Notes under the pieces: generated by a model
What the model was told of the DNA's origin: nothing
Database searches by the model: none
Seen by the model: the letters and a program-made list of their open reading frames with translations, nothing else
Translations under genes and position numbers: made by a program
In this document: one piece after another, positions 1 through 7,522 of the stretch
Numbering within the stretch: the first letter of the stretch is position 1
Layout: the number at the start of each line of letters is the position of its first letter
Origin: Thermodesulfovibrionales bacterium
Lineage (GTDB): Bacteria; Nitrospirota; Thermodesulfovibrionia; Thermodesulfovibrionales; UBA6898
Length of the DNA: 22,400 bases
Assembly: GCA_044450345.1 (NCBI GenBank)
Contig: JBIOIY010000049.1
Coordinates: 1 to 22,400, forward strand
Direction: 5' to 3'

Positions 1-199
1 CCTCCGTAATTACTTTCCTTCTGTATTTTGCAGGGCATACAATGTGGTATAGCAAAAGGTTCTTGTTATGTCTTTTGTGTATGTGTTCACTCACGCACCA
101 TTATACCCCGATGCAGAGCATCGAGGAATTCTTTTGATTAATACCTGCAAATCATTTTCACAGATCCTCGTCCCTGGATGCCGGATTTTCTGAAAAAGT

Positions 200-763
200 C
201 TACCGATCCCGGTTTAGATCCTTTTCCAATGAATCGAGCCTGCGGGAAATGTCTTCTCTTTCCTCGTGCGTGGTGTATCTGCCTCCTTCGGTCATCCGAA
301 AATAATCACCCCGAATAGAGTCCAGTCGGAATTGATACGCTGTCCCCTCTGTCCCAGGAAAGCGTCCGTTGATTCTTCCATCATCAATTCTCCTTTGGAG
401 GGCGACAATCCTGTCCCCATTCCTTGGTTCTTCAATTCTCGTGGCACGGCCCAGCGCCCTGTTGATCTCATCTCCAAGCGCGTCAAGTCTTCCAAGGAGG
501 CTTTCCCATTCTTCCCGGTAGACCCTTCTTTCTCTCAGCGCCGTATAGTCTGTTCGAATAACCTTCAGTCTCGTCAGAAACATCTGGGACTGATCGGGGG
601 TAAGCCCGCCGGTTTTCAGCCCGTCTCCAATCTTCTCCTGGATCACAACCATCTTATTCTCTGCATTCCTATCATAATCCGGCCATGTTTGGGTAGTGGC
701 GCAGCCCGAAAACAGGGCCAATCCTAAAACCATCAACACTGCCATAAAAATGACTTTCTTCAT
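200..763 (-). CDS. Hypothetical lipoprotein with two internal ~65-aa helical repeats
   Basis: ATG at 763 follows an AAAGGGG SD. Signal peptide MKKVIFMAVLMVLGLALFSG-C ends in a lipobox. Repeats: IQEKIGDG...IRTDY...RLDAL and LQRRIDDG...IRGDY...RLDSL. Confidence 0.8.
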   Translation of the reverse strand: MKKVIFMAVLMVLGLALFSGCATTQTWPDYDRNAENKMVVIQEKIGDGLKTGGLTPDQSQMFLTRLKVIRTDYTALRERRVYREEWESLLGRLDALGDEINRALGRATRIEEPRNGDRIVALQRRIDDGRINGRFPGTEGTAYQFRLDSIRGDYFRMTEGGRYTTHEEREDISRRLDSLEKDLNRDR

Positions 764-785
764 TCTCGTCCCCTTTCTTGAGATG

Positions 786-839
786 CGCAATCATCAGATT
801 GCGGCAAGCAGGGACGTATTGCAATACGCCCCTGCTTGC
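786..839. repeat. Two adjacent intergenic hairpins; REP-like palindrome or transcript-processing/terminator structure
   Basis: CGCAATC-ATCA-GATTGCG (786-803) is followed by the 36-bp palindrome GCAAGCAGGGACGTATTGCAATACGCCCCTGCTTGC (804-839, one mismatched pair). Confidence 0.6.
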
Positions 840-850
840 TGTCTGCGCTC

Positions 851-1630
851 CTATCTTACGATTTCTTCAAAATGGACTCTCCTGTTAGATTTCATGCAGT
901 CAGAGTTCTTATTTTTGGGATTTGGCTCCTCAACACAGAGAGGTCTTGACTTGCCATAGGCTATCGTCGTGAGTCTCTCTTCCCCGATTCCGGCTTTTAC
1001 GAGGTATTCCTTCACCGCAGCCGCCCTTCTTTCGGTGAGACCCATATTATATCTTTCCGATCCATGCTGGCAGGCATGTCCTTCGATCTGGACTTTAATG
1101 CCTGGATTGTCCTTCAATGTCTTTATATCCCCGTCCAGAATTTCCCTTGCTTTGTTCGTAAGAGTCGCTTTATCAAAATCGAAATGAATGTCCTCAAGGG
1201 TTATCTTCACTGGCTCGACAACTGGAGCAGGCGGAGCAGGTGTAGGCTCTGGTGCCGGTGCCGGTACAGGCTCAGGCTTGGGTTCAGGTTTCACCTCGGC
1301 AACCCGTTTGGCAGGACAAAGGGCCTTAATTTTGGCAGTTGCCTCATTGGCCATATCGATCGCTCCCTGGGTATCGCATGCCATGTAGAGCTCATAGGCC
1401 CTGTCCACCATATCTTTTGCAGCATTAAATTCTGTCGGACATTCCTTGTCTTTGCCGGCCGCGCGAGCTTCAGCCAGGGCCCGGTCTGCATTGACTAATG
1501 CTGTGGGATAGTACAAATATCCGTCTCTGTTTGCGGGTCTCTTCTCCATACCGGAACAACCCACCATCACACTCATGGAAAATATGACAATTACGAATAA
1601 GAACACTCTCTTTGCCGTTATTGCTTGCAT
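851..1630 (-). CDS. OmpA/Pal-like peptidoglycan-binding lipoprotein
   Basis: AGGAGG SD before ATG at 1630; lipobox MVG-C; Pro-rich linker; OmpA C-like domain (IHFDFDKA, IEGHA, YNMGLTERRA, NRRV). Confidence 0.92.
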   Translation of the reverse strand: MQAITAKRVFLFVIVIFSMSVMVGCSGMEKRPANRDGYLYYPTALVNADRALAEARAAGKDKECPTEFNAAKDMVDRAYELYMACDTQGAIDMANEATAKIKALCPAKRVAEVKPEPKPEPVPAPAPEPTPAPPAPVVEPVKITLEDIHFDFDKATLTNKAREILDGDIKTLKDNPGIKVQIEGHACQHGSERYNMGLTERRAAAVKEYLVKAGIGEERLTTIAYGKSRPLCVEEPNPKNKNSDCMKSNRRVHFEEIVR

Positions 1631-1748
1631 CTTTAATACCTCCTTCACAAAGTTTGTTGTTTTCACATCCTCACCATGTCCTTAACATTGTTTCTTCACT
1701 CACCCCCCTTAGCACCAGCTTTTCCTTCTTTGCCCGGCGGGAGCATAG

Positions 1749-1889
1749 TTATCCTCTCCGAAAGAGGCCTACCACCAGCACAATGACTGCCACAACGAGC
1801 AAGATATGGATGAACCCGCCCATCGTGTAACTGCTTACCAGCCCCAACAGCCAGAGTATTAGGAGTATCACAAAGATCGTCCAAATCAT
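1749..1889 (-). CDS. Lmo0937-family (DUF5670) small membrane protein, 46 aa; not in ORF track
   Basis: Hand translation MIWTIFVILLILWLLGLVSSYTMGGFIHILLVVAVIVLVVGLFRRG; AAGGAGGT SD; family motif WLLG...YT.GG.IHILLV. Confidence 0.92.
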   Translation of the reverse strand: MIWTIFVILLILWLLGLVSSYTMGGFIHILLVVAVIVLVVGLFRRG

Positions 1890-1974
1890 ATCAACACCTC
1901 CTTTTGTTATATGACATCATGCCTTACGCGTATACATCGGACCCGATGGCATATCCTTCCCGCTCTTATCTCGA

Positions 1975-2313
1975 TCACCGTACTCTGTGCAGGACATCTT
2001 CTATAAGTTCCATTCCTGCCGTGTGTGACACGGCGTTGAACCGCAATTCAGGCTGTTCACTCAGGAGATCCATGAGCGCGAGCAGCCGCCGTTGATTGTC
2101 TGTGTGGAGGTGGTCCTCAAGATCTCGCTTCGTCTTCCATTCCTCCACCAGGAGGAAGGTATTTCTGTCTTCTACGTCTTCATAGAGACGGTAACTCAGG
2201 CAGCCCCTTTCGACCCGCACGGGTTCAAGCATCCCCCGCATCGTTTCTAAAAGACCGTTCCGCCTTTCAGGCCGGACAATCATTCTTAATGTCACAAGTA
2301 TTTTCGTGTCCAC
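1975..2313 (-). CDS. Antibiotic biosynthesis monooxygenase (ABM) family protein, quinol monooxygenase-like
   Basis: GTG start after AAGGAG; motif VRVERGCLSYRLYED...FLLVEEW...LEDH. Confidence 0.85.
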   Translation of the reverse strand: MDTKILVTLRMIVRPERRNGLLETMRGMLEPVRVERGCLSYRLYEDVEDRNTFLLVEEWKTKRDLEDHLHTDNQRRLLALMDLLSEQPELRFNAVSHTAGMELIEDVLHRVR

Positions 2314-2354
2314 CCGCTCTCCTTACATTCAGACATCGGATGCCGATCATCCTC

Positions 2355-2549
2355 TTAATGCCGTTCTTCGTGATCACCACGGTCCCGGTCGCCGTATCCT
2401 CCGCGGTCATGCTCGTGCCCTCCGCGCTCTTGTTCACCACGCCCTCCGCGCTCTCCGTCCCCATACCCCCCGCGGTCGTACCCCCAAAAACAGCCGGAAC
2501 ACGTGATAAGCAGGATAACGGCTAAAATTAAGCCAACAGGCCTTCTCAT
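2355..2549 (-). CDS. Small lipoprotein with RGG/charged disordered tail
   Basis: AAGGA SD; hydrophobic signal ending CSG-C; mature part made of (D/E)RGG repeats. Confidence 0.7.
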   Translation of the reverse strand: MRRPVGLILAVILLITCSGCFWGYDRGGYGDGERGGRGEQERGGHEHDRGGYGDRDRGDHEERH

Positions 2550-2603
2550 ATTTCTTCCTTCTTTACCTTTATTTACCGGACTATTTTCCTGAAAACCTCT
2601 CGA

Positions 2604-2783
2604 TTAATTCCCCAGGACCTTCTTGACTTGGCCGATCTTTTCCTGAGCTTTGCCGGCAATATTTTCGACTTTGCCTTTGGCCTCCAACTTGGGATTATCG
2701 GTTATTTTCCCGGCCATTTCCTTGACCTTACCCTTTGCTTCGTGAAACGTGCCTTTCACTTTGTCCTTCATGCTGGATTTCAT
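2604..2783 (-). CDS. csbD: CsbD/YjbJ-family general stress protein, 59 aa; not in ORF track
   Basis: Hand translation MKSSMKDKVKGTFHEAKGKVKEMAGKITDNPKLEAKGKVENIAGKAQEKIGQVKKVLGN; AAGGAGG SD. Confidence 0.93.
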   Translation of the reverse strand: MKSSMKDKVKGTFHEAKGKVKEMAGKITDNPKLEAKGKVENIAGKAQEKIGQVKKVLGN

Positions 2784-2828
2784 GGTATTCCTCCTTTATG
2801 ACTGAACGGTCACTACATACTATTTAAC

Positions 2829-2845
2829 AGCATACGTTGTGCCAA
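2829..2845 (-). promoter_or_regulatory. Sigma54 (-24/-12) promoter of csbD
   Basis: Minus strand TTGGCACAACGTATGCT has exact GG-N10-GC spacing and a TGGCAC -24 box; it lies 45 bp upstream of the csbD ATG. Confidence 0.85.
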
Positions 2846-2871
2846 GACCTGTGCTGAAAGAAAGGGTTCTC

Positions 2872-2884
2872 TAAGGGTTTGAAA
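2872..2884 (-). promoter_or_regulatory. Putative IHF site
   Basis: TTTCAAACCCTTA differs from WATCAANNNNTTR at one position and lies between the sigma54 promoter and the enhancer. Confidence 0.5.
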
Positions 2885-2943
2885 ACATTGGAACTTCAGC
2901 TGAGACTACGACGGGGGAATGATACTGTGAAAGGTGCGGCCTT

Positions 2944-2974
2944 CTGATATATCAGGAGTCTCCTGATATATCAG
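2944..2974. promoter_or_regulatory. Putative upstream activating sequence for a sigma54 enhancer-binding protein
   Basis: CTGATATATCAG-GAGTCTC-CTGATATATCAG: two identical 12-bp palindromes with 19-bp period, about 100-130 bp upstream of the -24 box. Confidence 0.7.
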
Positions 2975-2980
2975 TTCTTG

Positions 2981-3112
2981 CCCCGGTGGAGCCCACTGGT
3001 CTCTAAAGGGGCTTATTTCTTTGGATGCCCACACCGGTCCGGTGGTGATGACCATCGCACGCTCAATATCTTCCTCAGTTCCCTTATATTGCCCGGCCAG
3101 GGATAGGCTTGC
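2981..3112 (-). pseudogene. Decayed fragment of the 3' end of the sigma54 activator gene at 5577-7124
   Basis: 2981-3031 matches 5555-5605 at 50/51. 3032-3112 matches 5787-5868 with 6 substitutions and a 1-bp gap. The 181 bp between these blocks in the intact gene are missing. Confidence 0.88.
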
Positions 3113-3211
3113 GATTATTGATTTCGGTTTGAAAGAAACATGCGCCAAGAATGGTTGCATTCGGTCCCGGCGTGTGAAATTCGAGACGCTTCAAAACTGC
3201 TGCGTGCCGTT

Positions 3212-3358
3212 CTACTTTTCCGTTAGTTGCATGTAAACTAAAATCACGGCAGCAAAGGTCATAAGAACTAATGTCGCAAATCCAAGAATGTTAGAAGTTC
3301 TTCCGTTTGTATTTTTGCCCATTATTTTTTTGTTGTTGGAAATTTTGTTGTTGTTCAT
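3212..3358 (-). CDS. Possible 48-aa single-pass membrane peptide
   Basis: Hand translation MNNNKISNNKKIMGKNTNGRTSNILGFATLVLMTFAAVILVYMQLTEK. Co-oriented with neighbours, but SD spacing is poor and no family was recognised. Confidence 0.3.
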   Translation of the reverse strand: MNNNKISNNKKIMGKNTNGRTSNILGFATLVLMTFAAVILVYMQLTEK

Positions 3359-3376
3359 TCCTTATATCTCTACTGG

Positions 3377-3406
3377 AATGGGAGAAGCGAGATCACCTCT
3401 CCCATT
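3377..3406 (-). terminator. Hairpin downstream of the cupin gene
   Basis: AATGGGAGA-N12-TCTCCCATT lies just past the stop at 3414; no clear U-tract. Confidence 0.3.
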
Positions 3407-3413
3407 ACGCGCC

Positions 3414-3818
3414 TCAGGCCCCGGTAACCCAGCGATGTTCTGCCACCTCTGCGGCATCGGCTTCGGCTTTTGTCTTATGTACCGTTCCGTCAGGATGATT
3501 CGGAGGAGTGTAAATCGTGTATAGTTTGAGAGGTTTATCTGAAGATGCATTGATAACATTATGGTATGTGCCAGCGGGAACCACAACCGCATCACCGTCA
3601 CCTATGACATGTTCCTCCTTGCCGTCAAAGACAAACTTAGCCTTACCTTCTTCTACCCGAAAGAACTGATCAACGTTCTGGTGCACTTCGTTTCCGATTT
3701 CCTCCTTGGGCTGCAAACACATTACCACAAGCTGGCTATGCTTGCCCGTAAATAACACCTGCCGAAAATAGCCGTTCTTGATGGTTGCTTGCTCAATGTG
3801 TCCTACATAGGGTTTCAT
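3414..3818 (-). CDS. Cupin domain protein (Cupin_2, mannose-6-phosphate isomerase-like)
   Basis: AAGGAGGT SD; cupin motifs IGNEVH...DQFFRVEEG and GDAVVVPAGTYHNVIN. Confidence 0.92.
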   Translation of the reverse strand: MKPYVGHIEQATIKNGYFRQVLFTGKHSQLVVMCLQPKEEIGNEVHQNVDQFFRVEEGKAKFVFDGKEEHVIGDGDAVVVPAGTYHNVINASSDKPLKLYTIYTPPNHPDGTVHKTKAEADAAEVAEHRWVTGA

Positions 3819-3902
3819 TGTTCATACCTCCTTTTTTTTAAATAAAAACAATTATGCAGCAAATCATCTGTTAAGGGGCCGATCCCGATACTTCACTTAA
3901 TA

Positions 3903-4058
3903 TTACCTGCCAATCAGGATGAAGGCGCCGGCAGCAATAGCGAGAATATCCACCAAAGTACGTATCGTGAGAATTCCACCTCCCAGCAGACCCGTCAGGC
4001 CGATCAAGATGAGCCAGATTCCCAGCAAAAGCATTCCAATATTCTTTGTCATTGTCAT
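3903..4058 (-). CDS. Small two-TM membrane protein, 51 aa; not in ORF track
   Basis: Hand translation MTMTKNIGMLLLGIWLILIGLTGLLGGGILTIRTLVDILAIAAGAFILIGR; TAGGAGGTGA SD. Confidence 0.8.
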   Translation of the reverse strand: MTMTKNIGMLLLGIWLILIGLTGLLGGGILTIRTLVDILAIAAGAFILIGR

Positions 4059-4128
4059 GTTATTCACCTCCTAAAATAAATATATTCAGACATGTCATCT
4101 TATGTGACTCACTTACTAGAAGTACACT

Positions 4129-5217
4129 CTACCTCTTTTTTCCGCCTCCGCCTTGCCCACTTCTGCTCTTTCCACTGCTTCCGCGACTTGGAGCATTGAA
4201 TGTTCTGCTTCCGCTGGGTACGCCGCTTCGAGGCGTTAATATCCTTCCACCTCCGGGGGGTCGGCTGTAGACTTTGTTTGCCGCAAACGGATTGGCCGCA
4301 CTTCTACTGCTCATTGACGGCTGTCTGACAGCTCCTGTTCTGCTTGCCTGAGAGCGAAGCGTGTCAGTGCCGGACCGCGGGCCAAATGACCGGTCACGGT
4401 TAAAAATCCTTGCAGGCGATCCCTTAACTCCGGTGCTGATGAAACTGTTTGCCCGCGGCGCTCCGATGCCGGCAAACGTCCTGCCGCTAAATCTTTTTAC
4501 GGGATCCACTCTAAATACACGATGAGCTCTGACATCATTGAAGTGGTTGCTGACAAAAAAACCGCCATCATGGCCTATGAAATGCCTATGAAAATCATTA
4601 AGGATGAAGAATCCCCCAAACCAGAAGCCACCCCACCAGAACGGATAGGGGACCCATCCATACAGCGAATAGTAATCCTGCGGCGGGGCGTAGTATGTCA
4701 CAATAGGAGGCCCTTCACTGGAATAATAATTGTTTATGACAGTCTGGTCGGGATAGCTCTGTACGCTCTCCGCCGTCTCGACTGGAGATGTTTCCGAAGC
4801 CGAGGTGCTTGGGGGGCCGGCGGGTGCAGGAGTAACTGATACGGAAACGCTTGCCTGAACGCTTTCCAGAGTCCTCAACGCTGCGTCTTTATCCATAGGT
4901 ATTGTTTTAGCCTGCGCAGCGTACCCGACAGAGTCCCGCAACTCCCCTATGATATCAGGCGTTACAGGATAGTCCGCCATCCAGCCGTTATGTGGCGCAA
5001 CGCCGACGGCCCCAAGCATGCTCTCCGCTTCGGCTTCCGACGAGGGATGGCCCACATTCAGGGCTTCCGCCAGTTTCATCGAAAAGGCACCTTCGCGGAC
5101 TAGTGGCGCCGCCACAGGAGGAGGTTGGGATGCTCCTTCCTGCGCACCAATACCTAATGGCAACAGCAAAACAATAGTCATGCATACGGCAATCATTTTA
5201 AATGAACTCGTTTTCAT
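4129..5217 (-). CDS. Hypothetical exported protein with aromatic-rich middle and R/G/S-rich tail
   Basis: 362-aa ORF; GAGGTGA SD; signal peptide; P/S/T-rich linker; YYAPP...WVPYPFWWGGFWFGGFF segment. Confidence 0.8.
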   Translation of the reverse strand: MKTSSFKMIAVCMTIVLLLPLGIGAQEGASQPPPVAAPLVREGAFSMKLAEALNVGHPSSEAEAESMLGAVGVAPHNGWMADYPVTPDIIGELRDSVGYAAQAKTIPMDKDAALRTLESVQASVSVSVTPAPAGPPSTSASETSPVETAESVQSYPDQTVINNYYSSEGPPIVTYYAPPQDYYSLYGWVPYPFWWGGFWFGGFFILNDFHRHFIGHDGGFFVSNHFNDVRAHRVFRVDPVKRFSGRTFAGIGAPRANSFISTGVKGSPARIFNRDRSFGPRSGTDTLRSQASRTGAVRQPSMSSRSAANPFAANKVYSRPPGGGRILTPRSGVPSGSRTFNAPSRGSSGKSRSGQGGGGKKR

Positions 5218-5576
5218 GGCTTATTCACCTCTCTAATTAATTTATACACCAAAGAGCGCGATTCGCCAACAGTTCGAGAAAAATTTGACAAATAGTTTTT
5301 TTGCTGCACTAAAAATATATTTGCTGACCCTCTTTTACAGGGATAGGCAACGCGCCTTTGCCTGTTCCCGGTAGAAGAGTTTTTCTGAATGAAAGAGGTT
5401 CGTAACAGCATGATAAGGGTGGGGGCCGACATGACGCTGAGCCTGGTTCTGGCTTAAGCCCCCACTGTTGGTCATTTCTCTCCTCCCCGTGTTCAGGCGC
5501 TCGATGGTCTCCCTTCCCCCCGGGCCAGCGCCGCCTACGCCAGTATTCTTCTTTCCCCGGTGGAGCCCGCTGGTCT

Positions 5577-7124
5577 CTAAAGGGGCTTATTTCTTTGGAT
5601 GCCCAGTCTTTGCATCCTCGATCCAAGCGTCTTTGGGTTGATGCATAAAACCTCTGCTGCACCGCCCTTACCGCTTACCCGCCAACCCGTGGTGTTCAGG
5701 ACCTCGATAATGCGCCGTTTCTCTACCTCTTCGAGAGTCCCGGACCGCTCTGCGGACCCCTCAATCTTCGGTACATCCGCATGAAGCACCGGCCCGGTGG
5801 TGATGATCATCGCACGTTCAATAATGTTCCTCAGTTCCCTTATGTTGCCCGGCCAAGGATAGGCTTGCAGGGCTTCAGCGCCCTTCTGCGGTATCGATTC
5901 GATCCGCTTGCCCATCCGCTTGCCGAACTCCTGCACAAAAGACCATACGAGCGGCAATATGTCCTCCCGACGCTCACGAAGAGGCGGCACGGTAATCTGA
6001 AAGACGTTCAAACGGTAGTAAAGGTCTTCCCTGAACCCGCCCTTGCTGACCAACCCGGCAAGATTGCGGTTCGTCGCCGAAATGATTCTGACGTCGACCT
6101 TCACGGTCCGGGGGCCACCCAGGCGCTCAAACTCACCGCTCTCCAGCACCCGAAGCAGCTTGGCCTGGAGCTCAAGCGGCAGGGTGTCGATCTCATCCAG
6201 AAAAATCGTTGAAGCGTCCGCAAGCTCAAAACGGCCTATTTGCTTAGACAGCGCGCCGGTAAAAGCGCCCTTCTCGCGGCCGAACAGTTCACTTTCAATG
6301 AGGGTCGGCGGCAGGGCGGCACAGTTGACTTTAATCATAAGCCGCCCCTTGCGGGCACTCAGGTTATGGATCGCATGAGCGAGCAGCTCCTTTCCTGTGC
6401 CCGTCTCCCCCTGGATCAAGACCGTCGAGTCTATCGGCGCCACCTGTTCTATCTGCTTCAAAACGGTCCTGATCGCTTCACTGTTGCCCACGATGTCCTT
6501 ATGTGAGTGTGTCAGATTAATTTCTTCTTTAAGGTAGATATTCTCCTCATGCAATTGGTCTTTTAATTGCTTGATTATTGTGAGCGCTTCCCTCAGTGAG
6601 TGTGCCGTCTGCTTGCGGTCCTCTATTTCCTCCGAGAGCCGCTCGTTTGCCCTGATCAACTCTGCAGTCCGTTCTTGAACGCGCAACTCAAGTTGATCGT
6701 GCGCTTTTCGCAGGATTTCTTCCACATGTTTGCGCTCAATAGCGTGTCTTATTGCCCTAATCAAAAGGTTGCCGTCAACCCGACCCTTCACTAAGTAATC
6801 CTGCGCGCCTTTCTGTAATGCCCGGACTGCAAGCTCTTCATCACCCAATCCGCTCATCACTACAATGGGGACATTCGGCACAGCAGCACGCGTGCGTAAG
6901 AACGTATCAAGCCCCTGGCCATCAGGAAGTGAAAGGTCCAGTAAAATGACTCCAAAGCTGCTTTTGCTCAGCAATTTTAGTGCACTGCTTAACATATTGC
7001 AGTGGGTCAATTCAAACTGAACCGTATTTGTCTCCCCAAGCATTCTCTTGAACAAAACGACGTCATCGGGATTGTCTTCTACGAGAAGGATACTGATGGG
7101 CTTATTTTTCATCCTTTGGCTCAT
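5577..7124 (-). CDS. Sigma54-dependent response regulator (REC, coiled coil, AAA+, Fis-type HTH; FhlA/NtrC-like)
   Basis: REC motifs LLVEDN and ILLDLSLPD; Walker A GETGTGKE; ESELFG-GAFTGA; Walker B IFLDEI; WPGNIREL; C-terminal HTH. Confidence 0.96.
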   Translation of the reverse strand: MSQRMKNKPISILLVEDNPDDVVLFKRMLGETNTVQFELTHCNMLSSALKLLSKSSFGVILLDLSLPDGQGLDTFLRTRAAVPNVPIVVMSGLGDEELAVRALQKGAQDYLVKGRVDGNLLIRAIRHAIERKHVEEILRKAHDQLELRVQERTAELIRANERLSEEIEDRKQTAHSLREALTIIKQLKDQLHEENIYLKEEINLTHSHKDIVGNSEAIRTVLKQIEQVAPIDSTVLIQGETGTGKELLAHAIHNLSARKGRLMIKVNCAALPPTLIESELFGREKGAFTGALSKQIGRFELADASTIFLDEIDTLPLELQAKLLRVLESGEFERLGGPRTVKVDVRIISATNRNLAGLVSKGGFREDLYYRLNVFQITVPPLRERREDILPLVWSFVQEFGKRMGKRIESIPQKGAEALQAYPWPGNIRELRNIIERAMIITTGPVLHADVPKIEGSAERSGTLEEVEKRRIIEVLNTTGWRVSGKGGAAEVLCINPKTLGSRMQRLGIQRNKPL

Positions 7125-7270
7125 TTATTATTGTCCAATATGAAGATACTTCTCTTGTGATCAACAAGATAGACATTGCTGACAAACTCTGCCTGCCTGC
7201 GTCTGGTTTCTTCTGCTTCCAAATCCTCAATAGACTTCAGTTGCTCTTTTATTTTGTCTTTATATTTCAT
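7121..7270 (-). pseudogene. 49-aa ORF, probable remnant of a sensor histidine kinase
   Basis: MKYKDKIKEQLKSIEDLEAEETRRRQAEFVSNVYLVDHKRSIFILDNNK: sensor-like N-terminal coiled coil, then EFVSNV resembling a HisKA H-box lead-in. Its stop overlaps the regulator start (ATGA). Confidence 0.45.
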
Positions 7271-7276
7271 ACATAT

Positions 7277-7305
7277 TATTTATCAAAATACTTATCGTAT
7301 GTCAA
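7277..7305 (-). promoter_or_regulatory. Putative sigma70 promoter for the remnant/regulator unit
   Basis: TTGACA-N17-TAAATA with a TG extension, 6 nt before the ATG at 7270; the -10 is imperfect. Confidence 0.45.
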
Positions 7306-7308
7306 TTT

Positions 7309-7433
7309 GTAAGCGTTCAGCCGTCAGCAATAGGCTATCAGCTAAAGGCATAATTTACGCGGGTCACAAACGAGCCATTGGGGCCTTAGACAACCTTTCT
7401 TCCGCCTTTTCTTGCTGAAGGCTGATGGCTTAC
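7309..7433. mobile_element. 125-bp MITE/REP-like element with 22-bp imperfect terminal inverted repeats
   Basis: GTAAGCGTTCAGCCGTCAGCAA (7309-7330) and TTGCTGAAGGCTGATGGCTTAC (7412-7433) are 19/22 complementary and built from TCAGC-type heptamers. Confidence 0.5.
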
Positions 7434-7484
7434 CTATTAGAGTGTGGGATAATTACTTTTTTGCCGATGACATGAAAATTAACA

Positions 7485-7513
7485 TTGTGGAACCAATAAA
7501 GAAATGGTAAGCT
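7485..7513 (+). promoter_or_regulatory. Putative sigma70 promoter of the mla operon
   Basis: TTGTGG-N17-TAAGCT with a TGn extension, 9 nt before the ATG at 7523. Confidence 0.45.
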
Positions 7514-7522
7514 GTTTTAGAA

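Noticed and set aside
100..123. Minus-strand TATAAT next to a CGATGC-AGA-GCATCG palindrome
   Set aside because: No good -35, short stem, and the downstream gene is outside the window.
2944..2974. Tandem palindromes as a CRISPR remnant or terminator
   Set aside because: Only two 12-bp units with a 7-bp spacer, no cas genes and no U-tract; the position fits an enhancer.
2906..3160. 84-aa ORF containing IERAMVITTGPV
   Set aside because: Chance read-through of the decayed activator fragment; it shifts frame relative to the parent and runs over the enhancer.
3328..3353. TTTTGTTGTTG direct repeat
   Set aside because: Low complexity; explained by AAC codons of the possible small ORF.
3858..3874. 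Sigma54-like TTAACAGATGATTTGCT upstream of the cupin gene
   Set aside because: The invariant GG at -24 is AA.
5309..5662. 117-aa minus-strand ORF sharing WASKEISPFRDQ with the 2906-3160 ORF
   Set aside because: Alternative frame over the activator's 3' end; the shared peptide only reflects the DNA repeat.
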